Assembly (NCBI GenBank): GCA_040755995.1
Contig: JBFMAF010000037.1
Coordinates: 256,001 to 320,000, forward strand
DNA length: 64,000 bases
From: Acidobacteriota bacterium
GTDB taxonomy: Bacteria > Acidobacteriota > CAIWXX01
Reading direction: 5' to 3'
Shown: positions 31,888 to 41,325 of the stretch, one piece after another
Layout: each line of letters begins with the position of its first letter
How positions within the stretch are numbered: the stretch's first letter is position 1
The notes under the pieces: model-generated
Told to the model about the DNA's origin: nothing
The model's database searches: none
Seen by the model: only the letters and a program-made list of their open reading frames with translations
Program-made: the position numbers and the translations under genes

Positions 31888-31917
31888 TTGACCTCCGGCC
31901 CGGACTGCTCATAGAAT
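31888..31917 (+). promoter_or_regulatory. Putative sigma70 promoter of patA (TTGACC-N18-TAGAAT)
   Basis: Near-consensus hexamers; would give a leader of about 200 nt. Confidence 0.6.
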
Positions 31918-32121
31918 CAAGGGCCGTGGACAGTATCTCCTGATCTAGGGACAGTTTATGTTCTTGCCGATGGGCTCGCCGCTGAAAGGGGCCATAGAGT
32001 TCCCTCTCGATCGAGCTCCCTATCGGTGGGGTTAGCCTTCCCGTTAGCTCGGTCCATCTTTCCCCTTCGTCTCCCGATTCGCAGTCTTCCAAGAAAAAGG
32101 ACTTAGTGCAAGGAATGTGAC

Positions 32122-33501
32122 ATGAAACGCTCAGAAATAATCAGGGAGTCTCAGAGATGGCTGGACATCATCGCCAAGGACTCGCTCACCGAAGAGGAGC
32201 ACAAGCAGATCATCGTCCAGACGGTCGAGAACTTTCAGTACTACTATAATCGAGGATTCCTCGAATACCGGAAGTCCGTCATCGAAATGAAGGACCTCCC
32301 GGCCCTGGAGTGGACGGGGCAGGGAGTCGAGTTCGAGGACATACTCGGGCGCAAGTACCTGGACTGCCTCGGCGGCTACGGCATCTACAGCGCCGGAATC
32401 AAGCACCCGAAGATCGTGAAGGCGGTGCGAGACCAGCTCGAGAGAATGCCCCTTTCGAGCCAGGAGCTGCTGGATCCGCTGCGCGGAGCGCTGGCGGCTC
32501 TCATAGGCGAGATCGCGCCCGGGGACCTGCAGTACTGCTTTTTCATCAATAACGGCACGGACGCGGTGGAGGGAGCGCTGAAGCTAGCGAGGCTCTACAC
32601 GGGGCGCACCGGATTCCTGTCGTCCATTCACGGGTTCCATGGGAAGAGCATGGGCAGCCTGAGCCTGATGGGGAAGTGGGAGTATCGCGAGCCGTTCGAG
32701 CCGCTGCTGCCGCAGATTCACTTCGTCGAGTTCGGGGATGCAGAGTCGGTGAAGGACGAGCTGTACAAGGCGGACGAGACGGGCAAGGGGATTGCGGCAG
32801 TGATCATGGAGCCGGTGCAGGGCGAAGCTGGAGCCGTCGTGCCTCCCGACGATTTCTGGCCGCGCATCCGGGACGCGTGCGACGAATACGGCGCACTGCT
32901 GATTGCCGACGAGGTTCAGACTGGCCTGGGCAGAACGGGACGAATGTTCGGTGTCGAACACTGGAACGTGGCACCCGACATCATGTGTCTCGGAAAGGCC
33001 CTCGGCGGCGGCGTGATGCCCCTGAGCGCGTTCGTCTCGACGCCGAAGATCTGGGAGAAGCTGGAAGGCAATCCCTTCATCCACACTTCCACCTTCGGCG
33101 GCAACCCTCTGGCCTGTGCCGCCGGCATCGCGGCCGTGAACGTGACGCTCGAGGAGAAACTCCCCGAACAGGCCGCGCGCAAGGGGCTGTATCTCCTCAG
33201 CGAGCTCAAGGCCCTCCAGATGCGGTACACCAGGATCTTGAAAGAGGCCCGAGGCAAGGGTCTGCTGCTCGGACTCGAGTTCGCAAACACCGAGATAGGT
33301 TACAAGGTCGTCGCGGGGCTCTTCCGCAAGGGCATCTTGGTGGCCGGAACGCTGACCAACGCCCGCACCGTTCGGATCGAGCCGGCCCTGAACATACCTG
33401 ACAAGCATCTGGACGAGATTCTCGACAAGCTGGAAGACACGCTCAAGGAGATCGAGGCCGAGACGCCCGAGGTCAAGTCCGACGAAGAGACGACTGTATG
33501 A
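32122..33501 (+). CDS. patA: Putrescine aminotransferase (class III PLP)
   Basis: NRGFLEYRKSV, LDCLGGYGI, SSQELLDPLRG, GFHGKSMGSLS, DEVQTGLGRTG, GKALGGG, VAGTLTNARTVRIEP, as recalled for PatA/YgjG. Confidence 0.9.
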   Translation: MKRSEIIRESQRWLDIIAKDSLTEEEHKQIIVQTVENFQYYYNRGFLEYRKSVIEMKDLPALEWTGQGVEFEDILGRKYLDCLGGYGIYSAGIKHPKIVKAVRDQLERMPLSSQELLDPLRGALAALIGEIAPGDLQYCFFINNGTDAVEGALKLARLYTGRTGFLSSIHGFHGKSMGSLSLMGKWEYREPFEPLLPQIHFVEFGDAESVKDELYKADETGKGIAAVIMEPVQGEAGAVVPPDDFWPRIRDACDEYGALLIADEVQTGLGRTGRMFGVEHWNVAPDIMCLGKALGGGVMPLSAFVSTPKIWEKLEGNPFIHTSTFGGNPLACAAGIAAVNVTLEEKLPEQAARKGLYLLSELKALQMRYTRILKEARGKGLLLGLEFANTEIGYKVVAGLFRKGILVAGTLTNARTVRIEPALNIPDKHLDEILDKLEDTLKEIEAETPEVKSDEETTV

Positions 33502-34682
33502 AGATCGTCGTGCTCGGCGGAGCAGGCGCCATGGGGCGCGGGGTCGTGCGCGACCTGGTGACAAGCGCTCCGGGAGTCGATGTCGTCGTTGCCGATCGGA
33601 ACGTAGACGCCGCCATCCGAGAGGCTGGATGCTACCAGCCGGGCAGGGTCGAAGCAATCCAGGCCGATGCGACCAATACCTCGGGGCTCGCGCGTATACT
33701 CAGCGGCGCAGACGTGTGCGTGAACTGCACAATACACGACTTGAATCTCGCCGTCATGGAGGCCTGCCTGTCGGCGCGCTGCCACTACAACGATCTCGGC
33801 GGCCTCTTCTTCATGACGCGCAAGCAGGTGGCGCTGGATGCCGATTTCAAGCGCGCCGGGCTGTCCGCGGTTCTGGGCATCGGTAGCACTCCCGGCACAA
33901 TGAACGTGCTGGCGCGCTATGCCGCCGACAGGCTGGACACCGTCATCTCCGCCAACGCCCTTTGCGCCTTCACCGGCACCTCGGACGTGAACGGCGTCTT
34001 CGTCCCGCCTTACGCCCTGCAGACGATCCTCGAGGAGTTCTCGGTGCCGCCACCCGAGTTCATTGACGGCGAGTGGAAGGAGGTCCTGCCCTGCTCGGGG
34101 ACGGAAGAGGTCGACTTCTTCGAGCCCCTGGGCAAGGTCAGGTGCCACTACACGCTTCACTCCGAGCCCTTCCATTTCGCAACCAGCTTTCGAGAGAAGG
34201 GCATCCGCGAGGCCACCTTCAAGCTCGGGGCCCCGAAACAGCTGGTGGATGAGGCGACCCTGCTGGTGAAGCTCGGCTTCGCCCGCAGGGACAAGATCAC
34301 GTACGCGGGCCACGAGATCTCGCCGATGGGTTTCCTGAGCTTCATGGTCCAATCGCAGATCGAGGAGAATCTGCGCGGGGTGGAAGTGAAGCTCGACGTG
34401 TTCAACGTCCTGCGGGCCGACGTGGCCGGAAAGATTGCGGGGCGCCCCGTCCGCTACCTTGTCGACGCGCTTTGCACACCGCGCCCGGATTGGCCGGACA
34501 TCGCCGACGCTGCGACGAGCATTCCACCGAGCATCTGTGCACAGATGCAGGCGCACGGGACAGTCCCGGCCGGGGCCGCCGGGGCGGAGGTCATGCTGCC
34601 TGTCGATGCGTACTTCCGGGAGCTCTTGAGGCGTCCGGGTACGACTATCCGCGTGACCCGCCGCTCCGGGCCGGAGTCATGA
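33498..34682 (+). CDS. Saccharopine dehydrogenase-like NAD(P)-dependent oxidoreductase
   Basis: VLGGAGAMG Rossmann motif, HYNDLGG, GIGSTPGTMNV, TLHSE. ATGA overlap with patA. Confidence 0.88.
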   Translation: MKIVVLGGAGAMGRGVVRDLVTSAPGVDVVVADRNVDAAIREAGCYQPGRVEAIQADATNTSGLARILSGADVCVNCTIHDLNLAVMEACLSARCHYNDLGGLFFMTRKQVALDADFKRAGLSAVLGIGSTPGTMNVLARYAADRLDTVISANALCAFTGTSDVNGVFVPPYALQTILEEFSVPPPEFIDGEWKEVLPCSGTEEVDFFEPLGKVRCHYTLHSEPFHFATSFREKGIREATFKLGAPKQLVDEATLLVKLGFARRDKITYAGHEISPMGFLSFMVQSQIEENLRGVEVKLDVFNVLRADVAGKIAGRPVRYLVDALCTPRPDWPDIADAATSIPPSICAQMQAHGTVPAGAAGAEVMLPVDAYFRELLRRPGTTIRVTRRSGPES

Positions 34683-34816
34683 AATGGAGAGTGCCGTGGA
34701 CTCCATCAGCGAGTGTGCGGCGCCGCCTGATGCCGCCCCCAAGGATCCATACACGTCGACTTCTATGCTCACGAAAGCAACAAGAACGGCGCCGGAGTAC
34801 GGCAGCCGCGACGCGC

Positions 34817-34845
34817 TTGACAAGGCGCATCCACAGTCCTACAGT
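34817..34845 (+). promoter_or_regulatory. Putative sigma70 promoter of the pot operon (TTGACA-N17-TACAGT)
   Basis: Consensus -35, 17-nt spacer, TAnnnT -10. Confidence 0.65.
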
Positions 34846-34989
34846 TCGCGTATCGGGTAATGATTCTCGCGCAATTGACGCAGCGGAACGGTCGCGTGCG
34901 GCCGCGTCCGCGTTGCTCTGACCAGGCAGCGGGGGCTATCCTCACGCCCCCATCAGAAACCGGATTTCAATAGCCGGCACCGGAGGTTC

Positions 34990-36087
34990 ATGCAGACGAC
35001 CAATTCGTATGCCATCGAGGTTGAGAACTTGGTGCGGAGATTCGGCGACGTGGAGGCGCTGTCGAACGTCAGCCTGCGCATTCGCAAGGGCGAGTTCTTC
35101 TCGCTGCTCGGCCCCTCGGGCTGCGGCAAGACCACTTTGCTTCGCATCATCGGCGGTCTGGACATTCCCGACGAGGGCGTTGTGCGCATCGGAGGTGTCG
35201 ATGCGCGCGAAATCGCCGCCCACAGGCGTCCCGTCAACACCGTCTTTCAATCCTATGCGCTGTTCCCTCACCTGAGCGTTCGCGACAACATCGCATTCGG
35301 GCTGCGCATGAAGAAGGTGGCGAAGCCCGAGATCGAGCGTAGAGTTCGGAAGGTGATGGAGCTGGTGGAGATCGTGCCGCTGGCCGACCGCAAGCCCGCG
35401 CAGCTCTCGGGCGGCCAGAAACAGCGCGTCGCGCTGGCCCGCGCAGTGGTCAACGAACCGCAGGTGCTGCTGCTGGACGAGCCGCTGGGCGCGCTCGACC
35501 TGAAGCTCCGCAAGCAGCTGCAGGTGGAGCTGCTCAACTTGCAGCGGCGGCTCGGCATCACGTTCGTCTACGTCACGCACGATCAGGAAGAGGCGTTGGT
35601 GATGAGCGACCGGATCGCCGTGATGCGGGCGGGGAAGATCGAACAGATGGATGAAGCAGAGGCTCTATACGAGCATCCGCGTACACGTTACGTAAGCCAG
35701 TTCCTCGGCTCGTGCAACATCCTCGACGCGACGGTGAAACAGCGCGGCACTGCCGGCGCGCTGGTGGATACGCCGGTGGGCGGACTGCGTGTCGAGTATG
35801 GCTCCAACCCGCCCGAAGCAGTGTGGAACGACTCCTTCACGCTGGCCATACGCCCGGAGAAGGTCACGCTGTGCGCCCCCGGGGAGAGTGGCGGTGAGAA
35901 CCGGCTCAAGGTGATCGTGGAACAGCTCCTCTATGTAGGCTCTGAGACGCACTACATCCTGCGGGCGGGCCCCCAGACACTCTCGGCCCAGGCGATGAAC
36001 GTGAAGGTCGGCTCGCAGGGCTTTGACATCGGGCAGGAGGCTGCGGCGTTTCTGCCGGCGGCCGGATTGCTCGTGCTGGACGACTAG
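34990..36087 (+). CDS. potA: Polyamine ABC transporter ATP-binding protein
   Basis: GPSGCGKTT, RPVNTVFQSYALFPH, LSGGQKQRVALARA, LLLDEPLGALD, TOBE-like C-terminus. Confidence 0.93.
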   Translation: MQTTNSYAIEVENLVRRFGDVEALSNVSLRIRKGEFFSLLGPSGCGKTTLLRIIGGLDIPDEGVVRIGGVDAREIAAHRRPVNTVFQSYALFPHLSVRDNIAFGLRMKKVAKPEIERRVRKVMELVEIVPLADRKPAQLSGGQKQRVALARAVVNEPQVLLLDEPLGALDLKLRKQLQVELLNLQRRLGITFVYVTHDQEEALVMSDRIAVMRAGKIEQMDEAEALYEHPRTRYVSQFLGSCNILDATVKQRGTAGALVDTPVGGLRVEYGSNPPEAVWNDSFTLAIRPEKVTLCAPGESGGENRLKVIVEQLLYVGSETHYILRAGPQTLSAQAMNVKVGSQGFDIGQEAAAFLPAAGLLVLDD

Positions 36088-36099
36088 ACCCGGGCGCAT

Positions 36100-37020
36100 A
36101 TGGTGAACGAGCGCAAGGGCGAGGTGCAGTTCGGAGAACAGCTCACCTACCGCGGCCACTGCGTGCGCTCGGCGCTGACCAGCGGTCCGGGCATTCTGTG
36201 GGTCTCGATCTTCCTGCTGGTTCCGTTGGTATCGATCGCGGTGATCAGCTTCCTGTCGCGAGGAACGTACGGCGAAATCCAGCGGCCGTTCACCGTGGAG
36301 AACTTCGTGCGTTTCATGGGGTTCGGCTTTTTCGGCTACGATCCCCTCTATCCGCAGATCGTTCTCCGCAGCCTGGTGCTGGGCGCCGGTACGGCGATCC
36401 TGTGCGTGATCGGGGGACTGCCGCTCGCGTTTTTCATCGCCGCGATGCCGGCGCGGTACAAGAACCTGGCCCTGACGCTTGTGCTCATCCCGTTCTGGAC
36501 GAATCTGCTGATACGGACGTACGCGTGGCAGATCCTGCTTGCACCGGAGAACCCCCTTGCGAGGCTGCTCGCGTGGCTGCACCTGGCCGCGCCCGGCGAG
36601 CCGCTTTATCCGAGCGCATTCGCGATCTACATCGGGATGATCTGCGACTACCTCCCGTTCCTGGTGATGCCGCTTTATGCGTCAGTGGAGAAGATTGACT
36701 GGAGCATCGCGGAGGCGGCGATGGATCTGGGCGCCGACGGCTGGCGCGTGTTCTGGCACGCCGTGCTGCCGCAGGTTGTGCCCGGACTGGTGGCGGGCGT
36801 CATCCTGGTTTTCATTCCGGCGATGGGGCAGTTCGTGATTCCGGACCTGCTCGGCGGAGCCAAGACCGTGATGCTCGGCAACGCCATCCAGCAGCAGTTC
36901 GGGCCGAGTCGCGACTGGCCTTTTGGATCGGCCATCACGCTTCTGGCGATGGCCCTGGTCATGATCGGCCTTTATCTTTACGCCCGCTCCGCAGGCGAGA
37001 AGGGCGGTGACATCCTGTGA
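36100..37020 (+). CDS. potB: Polyamine ABC transporter permease
   Basis: IPFWTNLLIRTYAW, EAAMDLGA, FVIPDLLGG, RDWPFGSA. Confidence 0.93.
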   Translation: MVNERKGEVQFGEQLTYRGHCVRSALTSGPGILWVSIFLLVPLVSIAVISFLSRGTYGEIQRPFTVENFVRFMGFGFFGYDPLYPQIVLRSLVLGAGTAILCVIGGLPLAFFIAAMPARYKNLALTLVLIPFWTNLLIRTYAWQILLAPENPLARLLAWLHLAAPGEPLYPSAFAIYIGMICDYLPFLVMPLYASVEKIDWSIAEAAMDLGADGWRVFWHAVLPQVVPGLVAGVILVFIPAMGQFVIPDLLGGAKTVMLGNAIQQQFGPSRDWPFGSAITLLAMALVMIGLYLYARSAGEKGGDIL

Positions 37021-37817
37021 GGCGCCTGTCGCTGTCGCTCTGGCTGGTTTCGGGGTTTCTCTACGCGTTCATGTACGCGCCGATCGTCGTGGTCATGGTG
37101 TTCTCATTCAACGCGGCCCGTCATGGAGGGCCGTGGAGGGGATTCACTACACAGTGGTACGCCAGGCTGCTGGACAGCCCCGACAAGATCGACGCGACGA
37201 AGAACACGATCGTGCTGGCCATCATCAGCACGATCATCGCCACGATCCTGGGCACCATGCTGGGCTACGGGCTGAGCCGCTACCGGTTCCCCGGCAAGAA
37301 GCTGTTCTCGTGGCTGATGTACATTCCCGTGGTGATTCCCGACATCGTGATGGCCGTAGCGATGCTGTCGTTCTACGCGCTGGTGCGCGACTGGCTGGGG
37401 CTGTTCGAGCTGGGCATGACGACGATGGTGATCGCCCACATCACGTTCCAGATCCCGTTTGTGGCGATCGTCGTGCGATCGCGGATGGTCGGGATGGACC
37501 CGGCGATCGAGGAGGCGGCTCACGATCTGGGCGCGAGCACCTGGCAGACGTTCTGGAACGTGACATTTCCGCTGATGATACCCGGAGTGCTCGCGGGCGC
37601 CATGCTGGCGGTCACCTTGAGCCTGGACGATTTCGTCGTGAGCTTCTTCACGACCGGCCCGGGCGCCACCACATTGCCCATTCTCATATACTCGTCCGTC
37701 AAACGCGGCATCACGCCCGACATCAATGCGTTGTCAACGTTGATCGTGTTGGCTTCGGTAGCCGGAATAATCGGGGCGACCCTCTTGCAGCGCCCCCGTC
37801 AACAATCAGGAGAGTAA
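37017..37817 (+). CDS. potC: Polyamine ABC transporter permease
   Basis: GFTTQWY, EEAAHDLGA, LSLDDFVVSFF, GITPDINALS. Confidence 0.93.
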   Translation: MRRLSLSLWLVSGFLYAFMYAPIVVVMVFSFNAARHGGPWRGFTTQWYARLLDSPDKIDATKNTIVLAIISTIIATILGTMLGYGLSRYRFPGKKLFSWLMYIPVVIPDIVMAVAMLSFYALVRDWLGLFELGMTTMVIAHITFQIPFVAIVVRSRMVGMDPAIEEAAHDLGASTWQTFWNVTFPLMIPGVLAGAMLAVTLSLDDFVVSFFTTGPGATTLPILIYSSVKRGITPDINALSTLIVLASVAGIIGATLLQRPRQQSGE

Positions 37818-37819
37818 CC

Positions 37820-38854
37820 ATGTCCAAACGACTCGCCGTCATCGCGGTATCCCTGCTCCTTGCGTCCTCCGCCTGGGCGCAGAAGAACAAGCTGAACTTG
37901 TACATCTGGAGCGAGTACATCGATCCTGAGATCGTCACCAACTTCGAGAAGCAGTACGACTGCAAAGTCACCGTCGACCTCTACGAAGACAACGAGAGCA
38001 TGGTGGCGAAGCTCCAGGGCGGAGGCACCTCGCTCTACGACGTCGTCGTGCCGTCCGACTATATCATCCCGTCGATGATCAGCCAGAACCTGCTCGCGCC
38101 GCTGCGGCACGAGAACATCCCCAACATGAAGAACATCAACCCGACATTCACCAGCCGCGAGTACGATCCCGGCAACAAGTTCACAGTGCCTTATCAGTGG
38201 GGCACGGTCGGAATCTACGTCCGGATGGAGAAGGGCAAGCCGATCGATGAGACATGGGGCCTGCTGTTCGACGCGAAGAAACAGATCGGCACGTTCCTGA
38301 TGATCGACGATCTGCGCGCCTGTATCGGCGCGGCGTTGCGCTACAAGGGATACAGCCTGAACACCGTAGACAGGGCCCAGCTCAAAGAGGCGCTCGACGT
38401 CCTAGTGGACGCAAAGAAGCGGTCGCTCGGGTTCGAGGGCGGTGTGGGCGGCAAGAACAAGGTGTTGGCCCGCGTCTGCAAGGCCGCAATGGTATACAAC
38501 GGCGATGCCGTCCGCGGCATGGGCGAAGATGAGGAGACTTACTTCTTCGTGCCGAGAGAAGGCACCGAGATCTGGATGGACAACATGGTAGTCCCCGCCA
38601 AGGCGCCTCATCGCGACATGGCCGAGAAGTTCGTCAACTACATCCTCGACGCGAAAGTCGGCGCCCAGCTGTCCAACTTCAATCAGTATGCGACTCCGAA
38701 CGCCGCCGCCGAACAGTACATCAACCCTGACGACAAGAAGAACCCGGCGATCTATCCGACGTCCGAGGCTATGAAGAACCTCGAGTTCGTCAAAGACCTC
38801 GGCTCAAACCTCAGGCTCTACGACGAGCTCTGGACCCAGATCAAGTCGAAGTAG
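37820..38854 (+). CDS. potD: Spermidine/putrescine-binding periplasmic protein
   Basis: AGGAG RBS; signal peptide; LNLYIWSEYIDP, YDVVVPSDY, VPYQWGTVG, PREGTEIWMDN. Confidence 0.92.
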   Translation: MSKRLAVIAVSLLLASSAWAQKNKLNLYIWSEYIDPEIVTNFEKQYDCKVTVDLYEDNESMVAKLQGGGTSLYDVVVPSDYIIPSMISQNLLAPLRHENIPNMKNINPTFTSREYDPGNKFTVPYQWGTVGIYVRMEKGKPIDETWGLLFDAKKQIGTFLMIDDLRACIGAALRYKGYSLNTVDRAQLKEALDVLVDAKKRSLGFEGGVGGKNKVLARVCKAAMVYNGDAVRGMGEDEETYFFVPREGTEIWMDNMVVPAKAPHRDMAEKFVNYILDAKVGAQLSNFNQYATPNAAAEQYINPDDKKNPAIYPTSEAMKNLEFVKDLGSNLRLYDELWTQIKSK

Positions 38855-38865
38855 CATGCAGAAAT

Positions 38866-38886
38866 GGGGCGGGGAACCCCGCCTTT
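38866..38886 (+). terminator. GC-rich hairpin after potD (weak terminator or mRNA-stabilising stem)
   Basis: ggcgggg-aa-ccccgcc followed by ttt. Confidence 0.5.
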
Positions 38887-38919
38887 GCAGGGATTGATTC
38901 TACGCATTGGAGGTATTTC

Positions 38920-39804
38920 ATGAGACCGACCTGGAGAGTGATCCTGTCTATCGCCGTCATTCTGGCTTTGACATCGGTTCTGGCAGTTGCGCAGGAGATT
39001 GCGGCTGTTGAGGAGGAGGAGGAAGAAGAAGTCATCGAGGAGGAATCATCTGACCTTACCGCCGGCGGGACAGCGGCGTTCTTTTCGCACTACATGTGGC
39101 GCGGGGAGAGCCTCTCCGATGGCGCCGTGTTCGAACCGGACGGATGGGTTTCCTACAAGGGACTGACGGTGGACGTGTGGGGCAACTACGAGATGGAGAA
39201 CACTCAGTGGACCGAAATCGATTTCACCGCCTCGTACGCCTTCACGGCGGCAAACATCAACTGGGAAGTCGGCTACGTCTACTACGGAGTTCTCGACGTC
39301 CAACGAGAACCCGAGGAGCCAGGGGAACCATCGGACGAGCCCGCCGATGAGCCGCCTGAAGACGAGGAGCCCGAAGAAGAGGAAGATGTCGGTGCCTTGC
39401 GATCGCACGAGATTTTCATCTCGGCAGGTTTCGAGAACATCCTGAATCCGACAATCACCACGTACATCGACGTGGAAGAAGGCGTGGGCGCCTTCATCGA
39501 AGGCTCAGTGGGATACGATATCCCGCTTTACGAAGAGGCGTCCCTCACCCTCGGCGGAACCGTCGGACTCAACATCAAGGACGGCTACGTCGGTGTGAAC
39601 GACGAAGGGGAGGAATATACAGGCTTCCACCATATGGAGATCTCCGCGAGCGCAAGCCTTCCGGTCTGGAAGCTGTCGGTGGAACCCCTCATAGCTTACA
39701 CATTCCCGCTCAGTGACAACGCCAAGCAGGCTATCAAGGGCTTCAGCATCGATGGCCATAGCAGCCACTTCTGGGGCGGTGTTTCGGTATCGATCGAATT
39801 CTGA
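38920..39804 (+). CDS. Putative outer-membrane beta-barrel (TorF/TIGR02001-like) with two highly acidic tracts
   Basis: GGAGG RBS; signal peptide; SHYMWRG, EIDFTASY, EVGYVYY; C-terminal beta-signal GVSVSIEF. Confidence 0.8.
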   Translation: MRPTWRVILSIAVILALTSVLAVAQEIAAVEEEEEEEVIEEESSDLTAGGTAAFFSHYMWRGESLSDGAVFEPDGWVSYKGLTVDVWGNYEMENTQWTEIDFTASYAFTAANINWEVGYVYYGVLDVQREPEEPGEPSDEPADEPPEDEEPEEEEDVGALRSHEIFISAGFENILNPTITTYIDVEEGVGAFIEGSVGYDIPLYEEASLTLGGTVGLNIKDGYVGVNDEGEEYTGFHHMEISASASLPVWKLSVEPLIAYTFPLSDNAKQAIKGFSIDGHSSHFWGGVSVSIEF

Positions 39805-39816
39805 CGGAGAGGAATC

Positions 39817-41325
39817 ATGGCAGATGCGAGACAAGTGAAAACGTGGCCGATGATCATCGACGGAAAGGAGGTGCAGGCCGAGAGTGGGGCCACGACCGAC
39901 GTGATCAATCCGGCAAACGACCAGGTGATCGCGAGGGTGCCGAAGGGGAGCTCGGCGGACGTTGACCGGGCGATCGGAGTTGCACGCCACGCCTTCGACG
40001 ACGGCCGCTGGTCCAAGCTCGGACATGGCCAGAGGGCCGAGGCTGTCTGGAAGCTGGCCGAGATCATGAACAAGCGGTTCCAGGAGTTCGCCGAGGTCGA
40101 GACGTCGCAGACCGGCAAGCCGATCAAGTTCACCACCACGATGGACGTCCCGCTCTCGATCGACAACCTGAAATTCTTCGCCGGCGCGGCGCGCCAGCTC
40201 GAGGGCAAGGCGATGACCGAGTACGTGCCCGGCTGGATGAGCGTGATCCGGCGCGAGCCGATCGGCGTCGTCGCTTCGATCGCACCTTGGAACTATCCGC
40301 TGAACATGTGTGCGTGGAAGGTCGGCCCGGCGCTGGCGGCGGGAAACACGGTGGTGCTGAAGCCCGCGTCCAACACGCCGCTGACCGCAATCATGCTCGG
40401 GCAGGTCGCGCTTGAGGCCGGCATTCCTGCAGGCGTGCTCAATGTTGTCACCGGCCCGGGCTCCGAGCTCGGCCCGCAGCTCGTCGCCGACCCGCGTGTC
40501 GACATGATTTCGCTTACGGGCGACACGGTCACGGGCGAGAAGATCATGTCGGTGGGAGCCCCGGGGGTGAAGCGCCTGCACCTGGAGCTCGGTGGCAAGG
40601 CGCCGATGGTCGTCTTCGACGACGCCAACATAGAGGCGGCAGTAGAAGGCGTGCTGGCTGGCGGCTTCCTGAACACCGGGCAGGACTGCACCGCGGCCAC
40701 GCGCATTCTCGTGCAGCGCCCGATCTACGACGAGCTTCTCAAGAGGCTGGTCAAGCGCGTCAACGAGATCGTGGTAGGCGACCCGCTCGCCCCGGAGACC
40801 GACATCGGCCCGTTGATCTCCCACGCGCAGCGGCACAAGGTGGAGGAGATGGTGAAGCGCGCGCGAGAGAGCGGCGCCAGGGTGCTCACCGGCGGTGATC
40901 GCATCGAGGGCCCGGGCTGCTTCTACAAGCCGACGATCATCGTGGATGCCGCCCAGAAATCGGAGATCGTGCAGTGCGAGGTGTTCGGGCCGGTGATCGT
41001 AGTGCAGCCGTTCGGGACGGACGACGAGGGGATCAGTATGGCCAACGACGTCGACTTCGGGCTGGCCTCATCGGCCTGGACGACCAGCGTCTTCCGCGCC
41101 ATGCGCGCTGCGGCCGAGATCAGGGCGGGAGCCGTTGGCATCAACGACCACGCCTTCATCTGTTCCGAGATGCCGCACGGCGGCTACAAGAAGTCCGGCT
41201 TCGGGAAGGACATGTCGCAGTACGCCTTCGACGAGTACACGAACGTCAAGCACGTGGCGTTCGCGCTCATCCAGGACGCCCGGAAGCCCTGGTACGACTC
41301 GATCGTCAAGCCTGCGAAGTCCTGA
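39817..41325 (+). CDS. patD: Gamma-aminobutyraldehyde dehydrogenase
   Basis: SIAPWNYPL, SLTGDTVTG, HLELGGKAP, NTGQDCTAATR, EMPHGGYKKSGFGKDMS; consistent with the polyamine context. Confidence 0.85.
   Translation: MADARQVKTWPMIIDGKEVQAESGATTDVINPANDQVIARVPKGSSADVDRAIGVARHAFDDGRWSKLGHGQRAEAVWKLAEIMNKRFQEFAEVETSQTGKPIKFTTTMDVPLSIDNLKFFAGAARQLEGKAMTEYVPGWMSVIRREPIGVVASIAPWNYPLNMCAWKVGPALAAGNTVVLKPASNTPLTAIMLGQVALEAGIPAGVLNVVTGPGSELGPQLVADPRVDMISLTGDTVTGEKIMSVGAPGVKRLHLELGGKAPMVVFDDANIEAAVEGVLAGGFLNTGQDCTAATRILVQRPIYDELLKRLVKRVNEIVVGDPLAPETDIGPLISHAQRHKVEEMVKRARESGARVLTGGDRIEGPGCFYKPTIIVDAAQKSEIVQCEVFGPVIVVQPFGTDDEGISMANDVDFGLASSAWTTSVFRAMRAAAEIRAGAVGINDHAFICSEMPHGGYKKSGFGKDMSQYAFDEYTNVKHVAFALIQDARKPWYDSIVKPAKS

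Noticed and set aside
39010..39030. GAG/GAA run as a phase-variable microsatellite
   Set aside because: Trinucleotide, mixed codons and frame-preserving; better explained as selection for poly-Glu.
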